Positions 1 through 9,067 of a stretch of 32,000 nucleotides of DNA are shown here, piece by piece. How positions within the stretch are numbered: position 1 is the stretch's first letter; the number at the start of each line of letters is the position of its first letter. This DNA comes from Candidatus Saccharimonadota bacterium. Lineage in GTDB: Archaea > Nanohalarchaeota > Nanosalinia > Nanosalinales > Nanosalinaceae. The translations under genes were made by a program, and so were the position numbers. A model generated the notes under the pieces. That model ran no database searches and was not told where the DNA came from. It saw only the letters and a list, made by a program, of their open reading frames with translations. Location: contig CP012986.1 of NCBI GenBank assembly GCA_001761425.1, positions 150,001 through 182,000 on the forward strand, given 5' to 3'.

Positions 1-958
1 AGAAGTAGAGGATCACGCAGATTCTGTCGAAGAGGACAGGATGGGCAATCTTGTCGCCAGAAAAGGAGATGGTGATGAAACCTTGATGATCGCAGCTCAT
101 ATGGATCAGATAGGCCTTGCTGTTAAAGATGTGGATGAGAACGGCTTTATCAGGTTTTCAAAGATTGGAGGCATTACGCTTCAGTCCTTGATGAATCAGA
201 GGGTTACTATCCATACTGAGACTGGCAGAGTTACCGGTGTTTTGGGTATGAAGCCCCCACATCTTATGGATAAGGAAAACAGGGATAAGTTGCCTGAGAA
301 AGAACAGCTTTTCATCGATATCGGTGCTGAAGACGATGAAGAGGTCGATGAGCTTGGTGTAAACGTCGGTGATACTATAACGTTCGAGAGAGATGCAAAG
401 GATCTTCAAAACGATTATATTACAGGCCTTGCGCTTGATAACCGTGTTGGAGTAGCTGTAGCGATCAAAGTACTGGAGGAATATGAAGCGGATACAGAGC
501 TTGCTGTTGTCTTTTCCACACAGGAAGAAGTCGGTTTGAAGGGCGCAAAGACTGCTGCTTTCAATGTCAGTCCGGATGCTGCACTAGCTGTTGATGTCTC
601 GATCGCGGGGGATGTTCCTGGTATCGAGCCTACTGAGACAAAGCTCGGTACGGGAGAAGGTGTTGACCTCCAGATGGTCCAGAGCTCTGGCAGAGGCCTT
701 ATCACTCCTGAGACGGTCAGGAACTGGCTTGTCGAGACTGCGGAGGAAGGCGATCATGAGTACATCCGTACAGTTATGGAGGGCGGGGCCACCGATGCAG
801 CAAAGATAGAGCTAGTTAAGGAAGGAATCCCTACAGGGTCGATCGGAGTGCCTATGAGACACATGCATTCCTCCACGGAAGTCGTTAAAATGTCAGATGT
901 CAAGGCCACAGCAGAGTTCGTGACCGACGCCGCTGAATCATTCGGCGAAAAATTCTAG
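1..958 (+). CDS. M42-family metallo-aminopeptidase (FrvX/TET-like), 5'-truncated by the window edge
   Basis: The frame is open to nt 2 upstream of the listed Met (…EVEDHADSVEEDR-MGNL…), so the N-terminus lies off-window. M42 hallmarks are present: AHMDQIG, LDNRVG, FSTQEEVGLKGA, AVDVS, HSSTE. Confidence 0.8.
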   Translation, partial: EVEDHADSVEEDRMGNLVARKGDGDETLMIAAHMDQIGLAVKDVDENGFIRFSKIGGITLQSLMNQRVTIHTETGRVTGVLGMKPPHLMDKENRDKLPEKEQLFIDIGAEDDEEVDELGVNVGDTITFERDAKDLQNDYITGLALDNRVGVAVAIKVLEEYEADTELAVVFSTQEEVGLKGAKTAAFNVSPDAALAVDVSIAGDVPGIEPTETKLGTGEGVDLQMVQSSGRGLITPETVRNWLVETAEEGDHEYIRTVMEGGATDAAKIELVKEGIPTGSIGVPMRHMHSSTEVVKMSDVKATAEFVTDAAESFGEKF

Positions 959-982
959 AGGCCTCACATTTTCCTTTATTTT

Positions 983-2188
983 TTATTCGTATCTGAGTGC
1001 TTCTGCTGGTTCAAGGCCTGCTGCTCTTCTCGCCGGTAAAACTCCTGAGATAATCCCTAGTACGAGGGAGAAGACCAGACTGCCCAGTAGAAGGTCGAGG
1101 CCGAGGTAGGGCCTTATTGCGAGGGCTGTGAACTGTGAGGCACCGATTGATGCGGTCCAGGAGAGCGTTACTCCCAGTATGAGGCCTGTTATTCCTCCGA
1201 GGAGGCCTACTGCTCCTGATTCCAGGAGGAAGAGGGCCATTATCTGCCTGTTTTTTGCGCCGATGGCTTTCATGACTCCGATCTCTCTTGTTCTCTGGCT
1301 TACTGAGGTGTACATTGAGTTCATGATGCCTACTGCTCCTACGAAAAGGGATATGGATGCGATTCCTATGACTACTCCTCTTACGACGTCTAGTATGCCC
1401 TGGAATGAGGCGACGAGATCCTCCTGGGTGGATACTGTGAAAGTTTCCTCGCCTTCTTCTGTGCCTCTGCGGTTTCTTATCTGTTTTTCTACGTCTTCTT
1501 TTACTTCTCCTGGTTCGAATCCTTCGTCTGCTTCTCCGAAGAGCCAGTCATAGTTTTCAGGCCTATCCATGAGGTCTCTGGACGAGCTGAGGGTCATTAT
1601 GACTGCTGTATCTATTGAAGGGTCTCCTGTAGGTTCGAGGACTCCGACCGCTCTGTGTTTGACATCATCTACATTGATGTTTGATCTTACACCCAGTTCT
1701 TCATCGAAGACCTGGTCTGCGACTCTGCTTCCCAGGACGATGTTGTACCTGTCGTTTTCACGTATCATCCTTCCTTCTCCAATCTCCATCGCCCAGCTCT
1801 CCATGACAAGGTCTATGTTCTCGTTCGCCGGGATACCTATCACCGGTAAAAATTCGGTCTGCTCTCCGACACTGACACCGGTGTTCATGAAAAGTGCTCC
1901 TTCGGCTCTTGAAATCCCGCGGGTTGAACGCATAGCCTCTAAATCCTGATCTGTCAACGGTTTTGCTTCTTCCCCTCCAGAGGTCAGGCTTCCGCCCGGA
2001 TTGACAAATATCTTGTTTCCGCCAATACTCTGGAACTCCTGCTGTATCGAAGATTCAAGGCCCTGTCCCAGCGAGACTAGAGCTACGACAGCTGAGATAC
2101 CGATGAATATACCTATCACTGTCAGCACAGTCCTCCTCTTCCTCCGGAAGATATTCCGGTAACTCATTTTCACGTACTCTTCTATCAT
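983..2188 (-). CDS. ABC transporter permease, MacB/FtsX family
   Basis: N-terminal TM, large extracytoplasmic domain and a C-terminal FtsX-type TM bundle (GIMNSMYTSVSQRTREIGVMKAIGA). Paralogous to the upstream 401-aa gene. ATGA start/stop overlap at 2185-2188. Confidence 0.8.
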   Translation of the reverse strand: MIEEYVKMSYRNIFRRKRRTVLTVIGIFIGISAVVALVSLGQGLESSIQQEFQSIGGNKIFVNPGGSLTSGGEEAKPLTDQDLEAMRSTRGISRAEGALFMNTGVSVGEQTEFLPVIGIPANENIDLVMESWAMEIGEGRMIRENDRYNIVLGSRVADQVFDEELGVRSNINVDDVKHRAVGVLEPTGDPSIDTAVIMTLSSSRDLMDRPENYDWLFGEADEGFEPGEVKEDVEKQIRNRRGTEEGEETFTVSTQEDLVASFQGILDVVRGVVIGIASISLFVGAVGIMNSMYTSVSQRTREIGVMKAIGAKNRQIMALFLLESGAVGLLGGITGLILGVTLSWTASIGASQFTALAIRPYLGLDLLLGSLVFSLVLGIISGVLPARRAAGLEPAEALRYE

Positions 2189-3390
2189 TTCTCGTACCTC
2201 AAGGCCTCCACAGGATTCATTTTAGCTGCTTTTCGCGCAGGGAAGAAACCGGAGACAGTACCCACAACAAAAGCAAATGCCAGGGAACCGAAGATCAGCT
2301 CCGGACTGGCACCTGGTTCCATAGGAAGGCCTACCTGCTCAGAGATAATACCTGAAGCACCGTAGCTGATAGCCAGGCCTCCGATTACTCCGAGCAATCC
2401 TCCGATAAGGCCTATCATTCCGCTTTCTATAAGGAAGATTCTCAGTATCTGCCAGTTTGTGGCTCCTACGGCTTTCATCACTCCTATCTCCTTGGTTCTT
2501 TCCGTAACAGAAGTGTACATTGTGTTCATGATGCCTACTCCTCCGACCAGAAGTGAGATAGCTCCAAGGCCTACAAGAAATCCTCTGATAAGAGCTAGCT
2601 GGCTCGTGAAAGAATCGATGATATCTGAAGCGGTGTTTGTAGTAAAGTCTTCTTCTCCTTCTTCAAGGCCTCTGCTTCTTCTGAGCTCTTCTCTTATATT
2701 TCCCTCGACTTCTGAAGGCGTGAATCCTCCGCTGATTCTTGCTGTTATCTCATCGTATTCGTCTTCTTTCCCTGTAAGTTCTCTCGCCTGGTCTGTTTCC
2801 ATGTAGATGGAGCCTCCAGGCCTTCCGGAGGCTTCTACTATCCCTACTACTCTGTATTCTGTCCCGTTTATGTCCAGTTTGTTTCTGAGCGTGATTTCGT
2901 CTTCAAATGCGTTTTCTGCTGCGTTTTCTGTCAGTACAATGCTGTAGGTGTCCGTGTTGCGGATGAATCTTCCTTTCGTTGTTTCAAGGCCGTTCGTCTC
3001 CTGTATGAGGGATGATCTCTCTCCGCCGGGAAGGCCTGTTATTGAGAGGTAGCTGGTTTCCTGGCTGTATCTGACCTGTTTTCTGGCTGAGATGGTTCCT
3101 AGGGCCTGTTCTACTCCTCTGCTGTTTCTTACTGTTTGGAGGCTGTCTTCTGTCAGTTTGGCGGTGCTTGAGGTGAAGCTTGATGCTATGCTGTTTCCTC
3201 CAGGTGATATGTAGACTTTGTCTCCTCCGAGTTCCTGGAATTCTGACTGTACGGAGTTTTGAAGGCCTTGGCCGATGGATATGAGTGCGACTATGGCAAG
3301 TATGCCTACGAGTGTGCCGAGGATGGTGAGCCAGGAACGTTTTTTCCTGTATCTTATGTTCCTGGCTGCTAGTCTGAAGGAGTCGAGCAT
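2185..3390 (-). CDS. ABC transporter permease, MacB/FtsX family (paralog)
   Basis: Same architecture and length (401 aa) as 983-2188. Motif GIMNTMYTSVTERTKEIGVMKAVGA. C-terminus …PVEALRYEK matches …PAEALRYE of its neighbour. Confidence 0.8.
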   Translation of the reverse strand: MLDSFRLAARNIRYRKKRSWLTILGTLVGILAIVALISIGQGLQNSVQSEFQELGGDKVYISPGGNSIASSFTSSTAKLTEDSLQTVRNSRGVEQALGTISARKQVRYSQETSYLSITGLPGGERSSLIQETNGLETTKGRFIRNTDTYSIVLTENAAENAFEDEITLRNKLDINGTEYRVVGIVEASGRPGGSIYMETDQARELTGKEDEYDEITARISGGFTPSEVEGNIREELRRSRGLEEGEEDFTTNTASDIIDSFTSQLALIRGFLVGLGAISLLVGGVGIMNTMYTSVTERTKEIGVMKAVGATNWQILRIFLIESGMIGLIGGLLGVIGGLAISYGASGIISEQVGLPMEPGASPELIFGSLAFAFVVGTVSGFFPARKAAKMNPVEALRYEK

Positions 3391-3414
3391 CGGTCTGTCT
3401 GAGGCCTTGGATGT

Positions 3415-4584
3415 TTATTTTCTCCTTCTCCAGTAGACGATTCCTGCTATGAAGATAATCAGTGCTATGATAGCTGGCAGGATTGGGTTTCCTCCGCTCT
3501 GTGTGTAGAGGCTCTGTTCTTCTGATGTCAGTACGTTGAACTGTGCTTCCTGTGTTTCTGTTTTTTCGTTGCCGTTTTCCTGGTAGGTTATCTCTACCGG
3601 TATCTGTGCTGAGTCGGCTGTTTCGTTTGCGTATACCTCTACTTCTGCTGTCTGGTAGTCGTCTGGGTTCATGTCTCCGAGGTAGACGCTGTTCCCTGAA
3701 AGGATTCTGTATCCGTCAGCTTCCTGTGCGTTGATCTTGACAAAGTTGGCGGTTCCCTCTCCTCTGTTCACTAATCTGAGTGTTACTGTGCCTTTTGCAC
3801 CTGCTGGGATGCCTTCCTCGTTGTTGACTCCTAGTTCGATGTTTGGCTCTCCGCCTACGACTATTCCTGTGCTGTCCTGTTTCTGGAGAGATGCTCCGGC
3901 TTCGTTCTCATAGTTCAGGCTGATAGGAACACTGTAAACTCCGTTTTCCGCTGACCTGCCGATATTGAGGTCGAAGGATATTTCTCTTGTCTGGTCTGGA
4001 GCCATTTCTCCGATCCTTTTGCCGGAGGTTCCTGAAGTGACGATAGGTGTCTGCTCTCCGGGGTTGAGCGAGAGCTCTATGTTTCTGAAGTATGCGTTAG
4101 CAGTGTTTTCCAGAGTCATGTTCATGGTTTTTGTAGTGCCTGAGACCACTTTATCCGGGAACTCAACGTCCTTGATGGTCAGTCCGTCGTCGTCAGCTTT
4201 CAGATCCACGTTCATAAGATGTGTCCGGGAGTTTCCATCTATCCTTGAGATGAATTTCAGCTCTTCCTGTCCCTGTAAGGCGTTCGGATCTACACGTGTC
4301 TGAAGACGGAACTGGTAGGTGTCACCTTCCTCAAGAGAAGCTATCCTCCAGCTCCTGGTATTATCAGGGTCCACAGAGAAAGGATAATTCTCCGCAAATC
4401 TGATAGAAACATTTTCAGCTTCTTCTGTGCCTGTATTCGTCACTTTGAACCTTACATCCGCGTACTGCCCCACTTTCAAAGGGTCTGGCTCAGTACTCAT
4501 CTTCTGAACCTCGACGTTAGGGCTTGCTGCCGCAAAACCTGAGAAAATGATTAGAAATGCCGTGATTGTAGCTAGTCGTTTCAT
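3415..4584 (-). CDS. Secreted, C-terminally anchored protein with repeated CARDB/S-layer-like beta domains (COG1361-like)
   Basis: I place the start at the internal Met (MKRLATITAFLIIFSGFAAA signal peptide, ATG at 4584), 5 nt after the ATPase stop. The listed 430-aa ORF adds a basic extension overlapping the ATPase gene. C-terminal TM plus RRRK (…PAIIALIIFIAGIVYWRRRK). The domain call is by resemblance only. Confidence 0.55.
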   Translation of the reverse strand: MKRLATITAFLIIFSGFAAASPNVEVQKMSTEPDPLKVGQYADVRFKVTNTGTEEAENVSIRFAENYPFSVDPDNTRSWRIASLEEGDTYQFRLQTRVDPNALQGQEELKFISRIDGNSRTHLMNVDLKADDDGLTIKDVEFPDKVVSGTTKTMNMTLENTANAYFRNIELSLNPGEQTPIVTSGTSGKRIGEMAPDQTREISFDLNIGRSAENGVYSVPISLNYENEAGASLQKQDSTGIVVGGEPNIELGVNNEEGIPAGAKGTVTLRLVNRGEGTANFVKINAQEADGYRILSGNSVYLGDMNPDDYQTAEVEVYANETADSAQIPVEITYQENGNEKTETQEAQFNVLTSEEQSLYTQSGGNPILPAIIALIIFIAGIVYWRRRK

Positions 4585-4588
4585 AGTA

Positions 4589-5356
4589 TTATTTATCTCC
4601 GTCAGAGGCCTCATCTTCCTGTTTTGAGGTCTTTTCTTCTTTTTTATCTGTTCTTCTGTCTGTAAGATCGTAGCTTTCCTCTTTCTCCTTTCTTTCTGTG
4701 ACTCCATCTGTTATGTCGACGATGTATTCTGCGTACTGGGCGTCATGAGGGTCGTGTGTGACCATGATGATTGTTTTACCTTCACTGTTCAGGTCTTCAA
4801 GCAGTTCCATGACTTTGTCTCCTGTATCTGTGTCCAGGTTCCCTGTCGGCTCGTCCGCAAGAAGGATATCAGGATCGTTTGCCAGAGCTCTCGCGATCGA
4901 TACTCTCTGCTGCTGGCCTCCTGAAAGTTCTGAAGGCATATGGCCGAGTCTGTCTCCGAGACCCATTTCGGTCAGGAGTTTTTCGGACCTCTCCATCCTC
5001 TTTTTTCTGCTCTTGCCTCTGAAAAGCATCGGCAGTGCAACGTTTTCCCGCGCTGTCATAGAAGAGATCAAATTGAACTTCTGAAATACGAAGCCAACTT
5101 TCTTACTTCTCAGAACCGCCAACTCGTTCTCAGTCAGGGTCGATAGATCCTCTCCGTCAAGCTCTACTTTCCCTCTGGTAGGTATGTCCAAAGCCCCGAC
5201 CATGTTCATCAAAGTACTTTTACCGGAGCCTGAAGGCCCCATGATCGCGACGAAGTCACCGCTTTCGATCTCCAGGTCCGAACCTCTCAAGGCCTGAACG
5301 GTGTTTTCACCCATCCTGTACTCTTTCACGACTTCATCCAGCTTGATCAGGGCCAT
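4589..5356 (-). CDS. ABC transporter ATP-binding protein (MacB/LolD-type)
   Basis: Walker [10 protein letters not shown], signature LSGGQQQRV, Walker [14 protein letters not shown]-loop MVTHD. Start preferred at MALIKLDEV (ATG 5356). An alternative start at 5386 adds 10 aa. Acidic/basic C-terminal tail. Confidence 0.9.
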   Translation of the reverse strand: MALIKLDEVVKEYRMGENTVQALRGSDLEIESGDFVAIMGPSGSGKSTLMNMVGALDIPTRGKVELDGEDLSTLTENELAVLRSKKVGFVFQKFNLISSMTARENVALPMLFRGKSRKKRMERSEKLLTEMGLGDRLGHMPSELSGGQQQRVSIARALANDPDILLADEPTGNLDTDTGDKVMELLEDLNSEGKTIIMVTHDPHDAQYAEYIVDITDGVTERKEKEESYDLTDRRTDKKEEKTSKQEDEASDGDK

Positions 5357-5461
5357 GTTAAGGCCTTCCTCTCCGAGGTTTATCAACTCTTCGGAAACAT
5401 TCGATTTTCATGAAATATTCGTGTTTTAATAGTGTTAACCTACTAAATTGGTGGTAGAGCC

Positions 5462-5977
5462 ATGACAGGTCAGGGTCCCAGGGAAAGAGTTATTCAGGCC
5501 TTTGAACAGAGCGCTAGTTTGTACGGTTTTAACGAGAGCTATGCACGTCTTTATGGTATCCTGTATTTTGAAGGGGAGAAGACGATGGATGAGCTGGTAG
5601 AGTGTACTGGATTCTCCAAGTCTACTGTTTCCAGAGGTGTGAATAAGCTGGAGGATATTTACATGGTCGAGAGCAGGAAAAAGGAAGGGGAGGGAAAGAC
5701 CAGGTTTTATTCTGCGGAGGAGGATCTGGAGTCTGCTTTCATGAAGATAATGGAAAATGAGGGGGAAAGAGAGATAGAGATAATGAGAGAGGCTCTGGAA
5801 AAAGCCGAGGAAGAGATGGAGGAAGAGGGCGACGAAGAAGGCCTTGAGAAGGTCAGGAACCTCAAAAAGTTTTACTCGCGCTCTGAGAAATTTCTGAACC
5901 TGGTGAAGAAGATGCCTAGGGGGAAGATGCTTGATAAGTTGTCCAGAGCTGTTGACAGGATGATTCCCGGGGATTAA
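5462..5977 (+). CDS. Winged-helix transcriptional regulator (GbsR/MarR-like, COG1510-type) with an acidic coiled C-terminus
   Basis: The stretch ARLYGILYFEGEKTMDELVECTGFSKSTVSRGVNKLEDIYMVE fits an HTH plus wing. Divergently transcribed from the ABC operon. Confidence 0.6.
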   Translation: MTGQGPRERVIQAFEQSASLYGFNESYARLYGILYFEGEKTMDELVECTGFSKSTVSRGVNKLEDIYMVESRKKEGEGKTRFYSAEEDLESAFMKIMENEGEREIEIMREALEKAEEEMEEEGDEEGLEKVRNLKKFYSRSEKFLNLVKKMPRGKMLDKLSRAVDRMIPGD

Positions 5978-6312
5978 CTTTTTTCGGTTATGCGGTTCAG
6001 TATGAATTCTGTTTTGCCTCTGTGTATCGTAGCTTTTCCAGAGGCCTTTACGTGAAGGCCTTCGTATAGCAGAAGGTCTTCGTTGTATGTTAGAGCTGTT
6101 ATCTTTTCTCCGTTGTCTTCAAGCCTGAAGAACTGTGTTTCACCTCTTTTTGAAAGGTTTTTGATCTTTCCGCTTACAGTTATTTTATCGCCGACCATGT
6201 CCTGGTTTATGTCTTGTATTTCAACTTTTCCTGGCTTTTTTCCGGCGGTTTGGTGCATCAGGAGGAGGCCTGAGAAGATGAGGCCTGTGATCAGTATTTT
6301 ATCTTTTTTCAC
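5974..6312 (-). CDS. Membrane-anchored OB-fold protein
   Basis: N-terminal TM (ILITGLIFSGLLLM) followed by an OB-like beta-rich domain (GDKITVSGKIKNLSKRGETQFFRLEDNGEKITAL…). Its GTG start overlaps the thpR TGA stop (GTGA at 6309-6312). Confidence 0.45.
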   Translation of the reverse strand: MKKDKILITGLIFSGLLLMHQTAGKKPGKVEIQDINQDMVGDKITVSGKIKNLSKRGETQFFRLEDNGEKITALTYNEDLLLYEGLHVKASGKATIHRGKTEFILNRITEKS

Positions 6313-6845
6313 AGTTTTTTCTCCGCTAGCTCTGTGTATTCTGTGCCTTCTGGTCCTAGTTCGCTTTTGAACAGCTTTACTTTTTCGACTTTGATCTTTC
6401 CGATTTCCTGGCTTCTGTGTTCGTTGAAGGCCTTTTCCAGTTTCTTTTTCTGTTTGCCTGAGAGGTTTTCGACTCTGAGAAGGGTTATATGTGGTTTGAA
6501 TTCGTGGTCGTTACTGCTTTCTACTCCGTGTTTTGAGGCTTTTTCCTGGAGTCCGTAGATTTTGGGGTGCTCGGCTCCAGCCCAGATCACGCGGATGTAG
6601 TCTTCGCTGGGGAAAGCGCCGAGGCCTTTGATTTTCAGGTTGAAGGGTTCTGTGTCGATGTTTTCGAGGCCTTTCTCTATTTTCTGGATTTTTTTCTGGT
6701 TTACGTCTTTGAAGAATTCGAGGGTGATGTGCATCTTCTCTTTTTTGACAGGTTTGAATCCGAGGTCCAGGCGGTTTCTTACCTGTTCGAGTTTTTCGAG
6801 GATCTGTTCGTTTTCTATGTCGATGGCGGAGAAGACGCGGGCCAT
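6309..6845 (-). CDS. thpR: RNA 2',3'-cyclic phosphodiesterase (2H family, LigT/ThpR)
   Basis: Two H-x-T-x motifs at the typical spacing (MHITLEF and KPHITLLR). The 178-aa length is typical. Confidence 0.85.
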   Translation of the reverse strand: MARVFSAIDIENEQILEKLEQVRNRLDLGFKPVKKEKMHITLEFFKDVNQKKIQKIEKGLENIDTEPFNLKIKGLGAFPSEDYIRVIWAGAEHPKIYGLQEKASKHGVESSNDHEFKPHITLLRVENLSGKQKKKLEKAFNEHRSQEIGKIKVEKVKLFKSELGPEGTEYTELAEKKL

Positions 6846-6899
6846 ACATTCTTTTAATGCTATGTTCCTAATAAAACGGTGTAAGGTGTCAAACTTAGA

Positions 6900-7160
6900 A
6901 TGTCAGATAATCCACGCGCCAGCGAGATAATTGAAAAGACTGTAGTTTCAGAGGAACACGGGAAAAAATACGGGACGATTGACGATATCTCTTTCGTGTC
7001 GGATACTGGCGAGTTGATGAATCTTCTGATCACGGACACTACCCAGCACCTGGATGAAAACAAGCTCCAGGAGGACAGGAGAGGCCGAAGTATCATCCCG
7101 TTCTCCGCAGTTAGAAGCGTCGGAGACTTCGTCATCGTTACAGAAGACGACATCATGTAA
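6900..7160 (+). CDS. PRC-barrel domain protein
   Basis: Small 86-aa protein with a PRC-barrel-like pattern: EKTVVSEEHGKKYGTIDDISFVSDTGELMNLLI … IIPFSAVRSVGDFVIV. Confidence 0.6.
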   Translation: MSDNPRASEIIEKTVVSEEHGKKYGTIDDISFVSDTGELMNLLITDTTQHLDENKLQEDRRGRSIIPFSAVRSVGDFVIVTEDDIM

Positions 7161-7176
7161 AAAAGGCCTTTCTTAG

Positions 7177-7530
7177 ATGAAAGCTGATTTAGGCCTTGAA
7201 GAGGTAGGAGAAGAGGTTCTTGGGCGAGGATACGAGACGGGAACAGCTGCGGACCCCAGAGTTCCAAGCATCGAATGGGAAAAGAATGTAGGCCTTTACA
7301 GGTTAAAGGTTTACAGTGAGGAGTTTCTCCAGAACGATTCGAGAGCTGTCGCCGGAAATACTCTTGAGGACGTCTTCAAGAAACAGGTCTCGGAGGAAAA
7401 CGATTTCTATGTTGAAGTTGCAGTCCCTACTGATGGTTTGAGGCCTGAAAGAGAGATTTATACTTTTTCGGAGGAAGAGCTTGAACAGGGCCTTAGAGAA
7501 GTAATTGAGGAGTACGCTGAGGATTACTGA
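7177..7530 (+). CDS. Hypothetical acidic protein
   Basis: 117-aa ORF with acidic composition typical of the window. Followed by a T7 run. I recognise no family. Confidence 0.5.
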   Translation: MKADLGLEEVGEEVLGRGYETGTAADPRVPSIEWEKNVGLYRLKVYSEEFLQNDSRAVAGNTLEDVFKKQVSEENDFYVEVAVPTDGLRPEREIYTFSEEELEQGLREVIEEYAEDY

Positions 7531-7540
7531 TTTTTTTCTT
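7531..7540 (+). terminator. Oligo-T tract after the 7177-7530 gene
   Basis: TTTTTTT lies immediately after the TGA stop. Archaeal termination typically uses oligo-T. Confidence 0.4.
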
Positions 7541-7585
7541 CTGTCGTCTCTTCACCTTTCTTTTATATTTTTAAGTTTTCCAGGG

Positions 7586-8293
7586 TCAGGATTCCTGGAG
7601 TTTTTCTGCCTTCCTGATCTGTGCTGAGGCGTTTAGCAGCAGGAAATCCAGTTTTTCGGCTTTCTCCATCAGCTCCTGTGAGATTTTTCTGATTTCTTCT
7701 TTCATCTCTTCCAAGCTTCCAACTTTTTCCTCCGTCTCCTTGCTGAGGCCTTTTCTGTTGAATTCTACGGTTTTAAGATATCTTGAGGTGGTTAGAAAAT
7801 GGTGGACGTGTTTTTCCCGGATTTCGTGGAGCAGGTCGTTTTCGATCTCTTTTTCTGTCCTGTTCAGGGCCTTTTCGTCAGGATATTTTCTGAGGCCGGT
7901 CTTCCAGAGGTCTCTGGGTTCGTGTTCTCTGTTTTCCAGAATTTTGACTGTGTTTTCCAGGCATGAGATGGCTGTGCCGTAGGCCTCTGTCAGATGTGTA
8001 TTGTCTTTTTTGCTGTGTTCTGCGTACTTTTTTTCCAGTTTTTCTATTTTTTTCTCTAGCTCTGCTGTTTCAAGGCCTTCTGTGCTGTTTTTGGCTTTTT
8101 CCAGTTTCTTTGTTTTTTTCCTGTAGAATTTCAGTGCTTTGAGGTGTTTTCTTGTTTCTCCCGGGAATCCGGCTTCTGTTACAGCTTTCTTCAGATTTTC
8201 TGTCTCTCCGAGTTCTTCTTCTATTGATTCTCTGTTTTTCTCAATTTCTTTTCTGCAGTGTTCTGTAAGCTCTGATAGTTTTTCTCTGGCCAT
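7586..8293 (-). CDS. Hypothetical Lys/Glu-rich coiled-coil protein
   Basis: 235-aa ORF with an ATG start, helical heptad-like K/E composition and no signal peptide. It lies 14 nt downstream of the 8308-8955 gene, so a likely operon. Confidence 0.55.
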   Translation of the reverse strand: MAREKLSELTEHCRKEIEKNRESIEEELGETENLKKAVTEAGFPGETRKHLKALKFYRKKTKKLEKAKNSTEGLETAELEKKIEKLEKKYAEHSKKDNTHLTEAYGTAISCLENTVKILENREHEPRDLWKTGLRKYPDEKALNRTEKEIENDLLHEIREKHVHHFLTTSRYLKTVEFNRKGLSKETEEKVGSLEEMKEEIRKISQELMEKAEKLDFLLLNASAQIRKAEKLQES

Positions 8294-8307
8294 ATTTTTT
8301 CTCCGGA

Positions 8308-8955
8308 TTATGCTGTGATTTCTTTTCCTTCCCTATATCGGTTTTGGAACTCGTTAACTGCTCTGCTGAGGCCTTCCCATCTCAACGTGTTTTCTCCTTC
8401 GAGATCTTTAACCTCCTCTATGTAGGAACCTACCTGTTCAAGGCCTTCGCTGAATCTGTATGCTCCTTCGAGGGAGAAGTAGTTGTCGTCCGTGGTTCTT
8501 GGGAGTTCAGGCATTTCTTTTCCACTGAATTTTTCCGGATTCTTGCTAGGACCCCAGATTTTCGGGTCTGAGTGGAACAGGTAGTCGTTTCCTGTAGAGT
8601 CTCTGTATCCGGTTATGTGTACTCCCAGGAGGCCTGAATCCAGGTCTGAGTTGAGGGCGTCTTTTCTGCCTGTTTTTTCATTTCCTCTGTCCAGGGTTTC
8701 TGCGATATCGATGTTGTAGAAAAATCCGTCTTCGTCTATCTCTTCGTCTCTTGACAGGAAATTTTTTGCCTCTTCGCTGTTAGGAGGGTTGGTCGTGTTG
8801 ATTTCCACTTCGTAGTTGAGGTCGCCTTCTTCGCCGAACTCTTTTTCAGTATCTAGCTCTCTGAATACTTCCAGGTCTATTCCTTCTGAAAGCGTTCTCT
8901 TGCTGTAGTTCTCCCATTCTCCGGGGAAGATAGGATCCTGATAATGAAAGCTCAC
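8308..8955 (-). CDS. Hypothetical acidic protein
   Basis: 215-aa ORF with a GTG start. I recognise no family. Confidence 0.5.
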   Translation of the reverse strand: MSFHYQDPIFPGEWENYSKRTLSEGIDLEVFRELDTEKEFGEEGDLNYEVEINTTNPPNSEEAKNFLSRDEEIDEDGFFYNIDIAETLDRGNEKTGRKDALNSDLDSGLLGVHITGYRDSTGNDYLFHSDPKIWGPSKNPEKFSGKEMPELPRTTDDNYFSLEGAYRFSEGLEQVGSYIEEVKDLEGENTLRWEGLSRAVNEFQNRYREGKEITA

Positions 8956-9067
8956 AAATTGGTAATACTCGTACAGAAATAAATATCTTGTCGTTACTCA
9001 AAGATGACAAAAAGCGTCTGGTTTGTTTAGGCCTCAGTGATTTAACTTTCGAGGCCTCCAAATACTT

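Noticed and set aside
1512-1522. tRNA-like strings: GGTTCGAATCC (T-loop-like) at 1512-1522 and TAGCTCAGG (D-arm-like) at 23362-23370.
   Set aside because: Neither has the complementary stem halves or an acceptor stem around it. The first lies inside the permease coding sequence. I found no convincing tRNA in the window.
4585-4707. N-terminal extensions in the ORF track: 3415-4707 (41 extra aa), 27359-29308 (11 aa), 4589-5386 (10 aa), 22366-23295 (4 aa), 14746 versus 14767, and 29896 versus 29959.
   Set aside because: The extensions overlap upstream genes, start with GTG/TTG inside a Shine-Dalgarno or spacer, or precede canonical N-termini (a signal peptide, [12 protein letters not shown] of DnaK, MALIKLD of the ATPase). 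Internal ATG starts fit better.
6511-6930. Multiple overlapping 72-112 aa ORFs in alternate frames over thpR and its upstream region, and similar sets over radA, RPA, dnaJ, dnaK, the permeases and the 16.1-16.5 kb linker.
   Set aside because: Each overlaps a gene with clear family motifs. Their translations are Arg/Ser/Pro/Cys-rich or hydrophobic nonsense, typical of antisense or shifted frames of GA-rich coding DNA.
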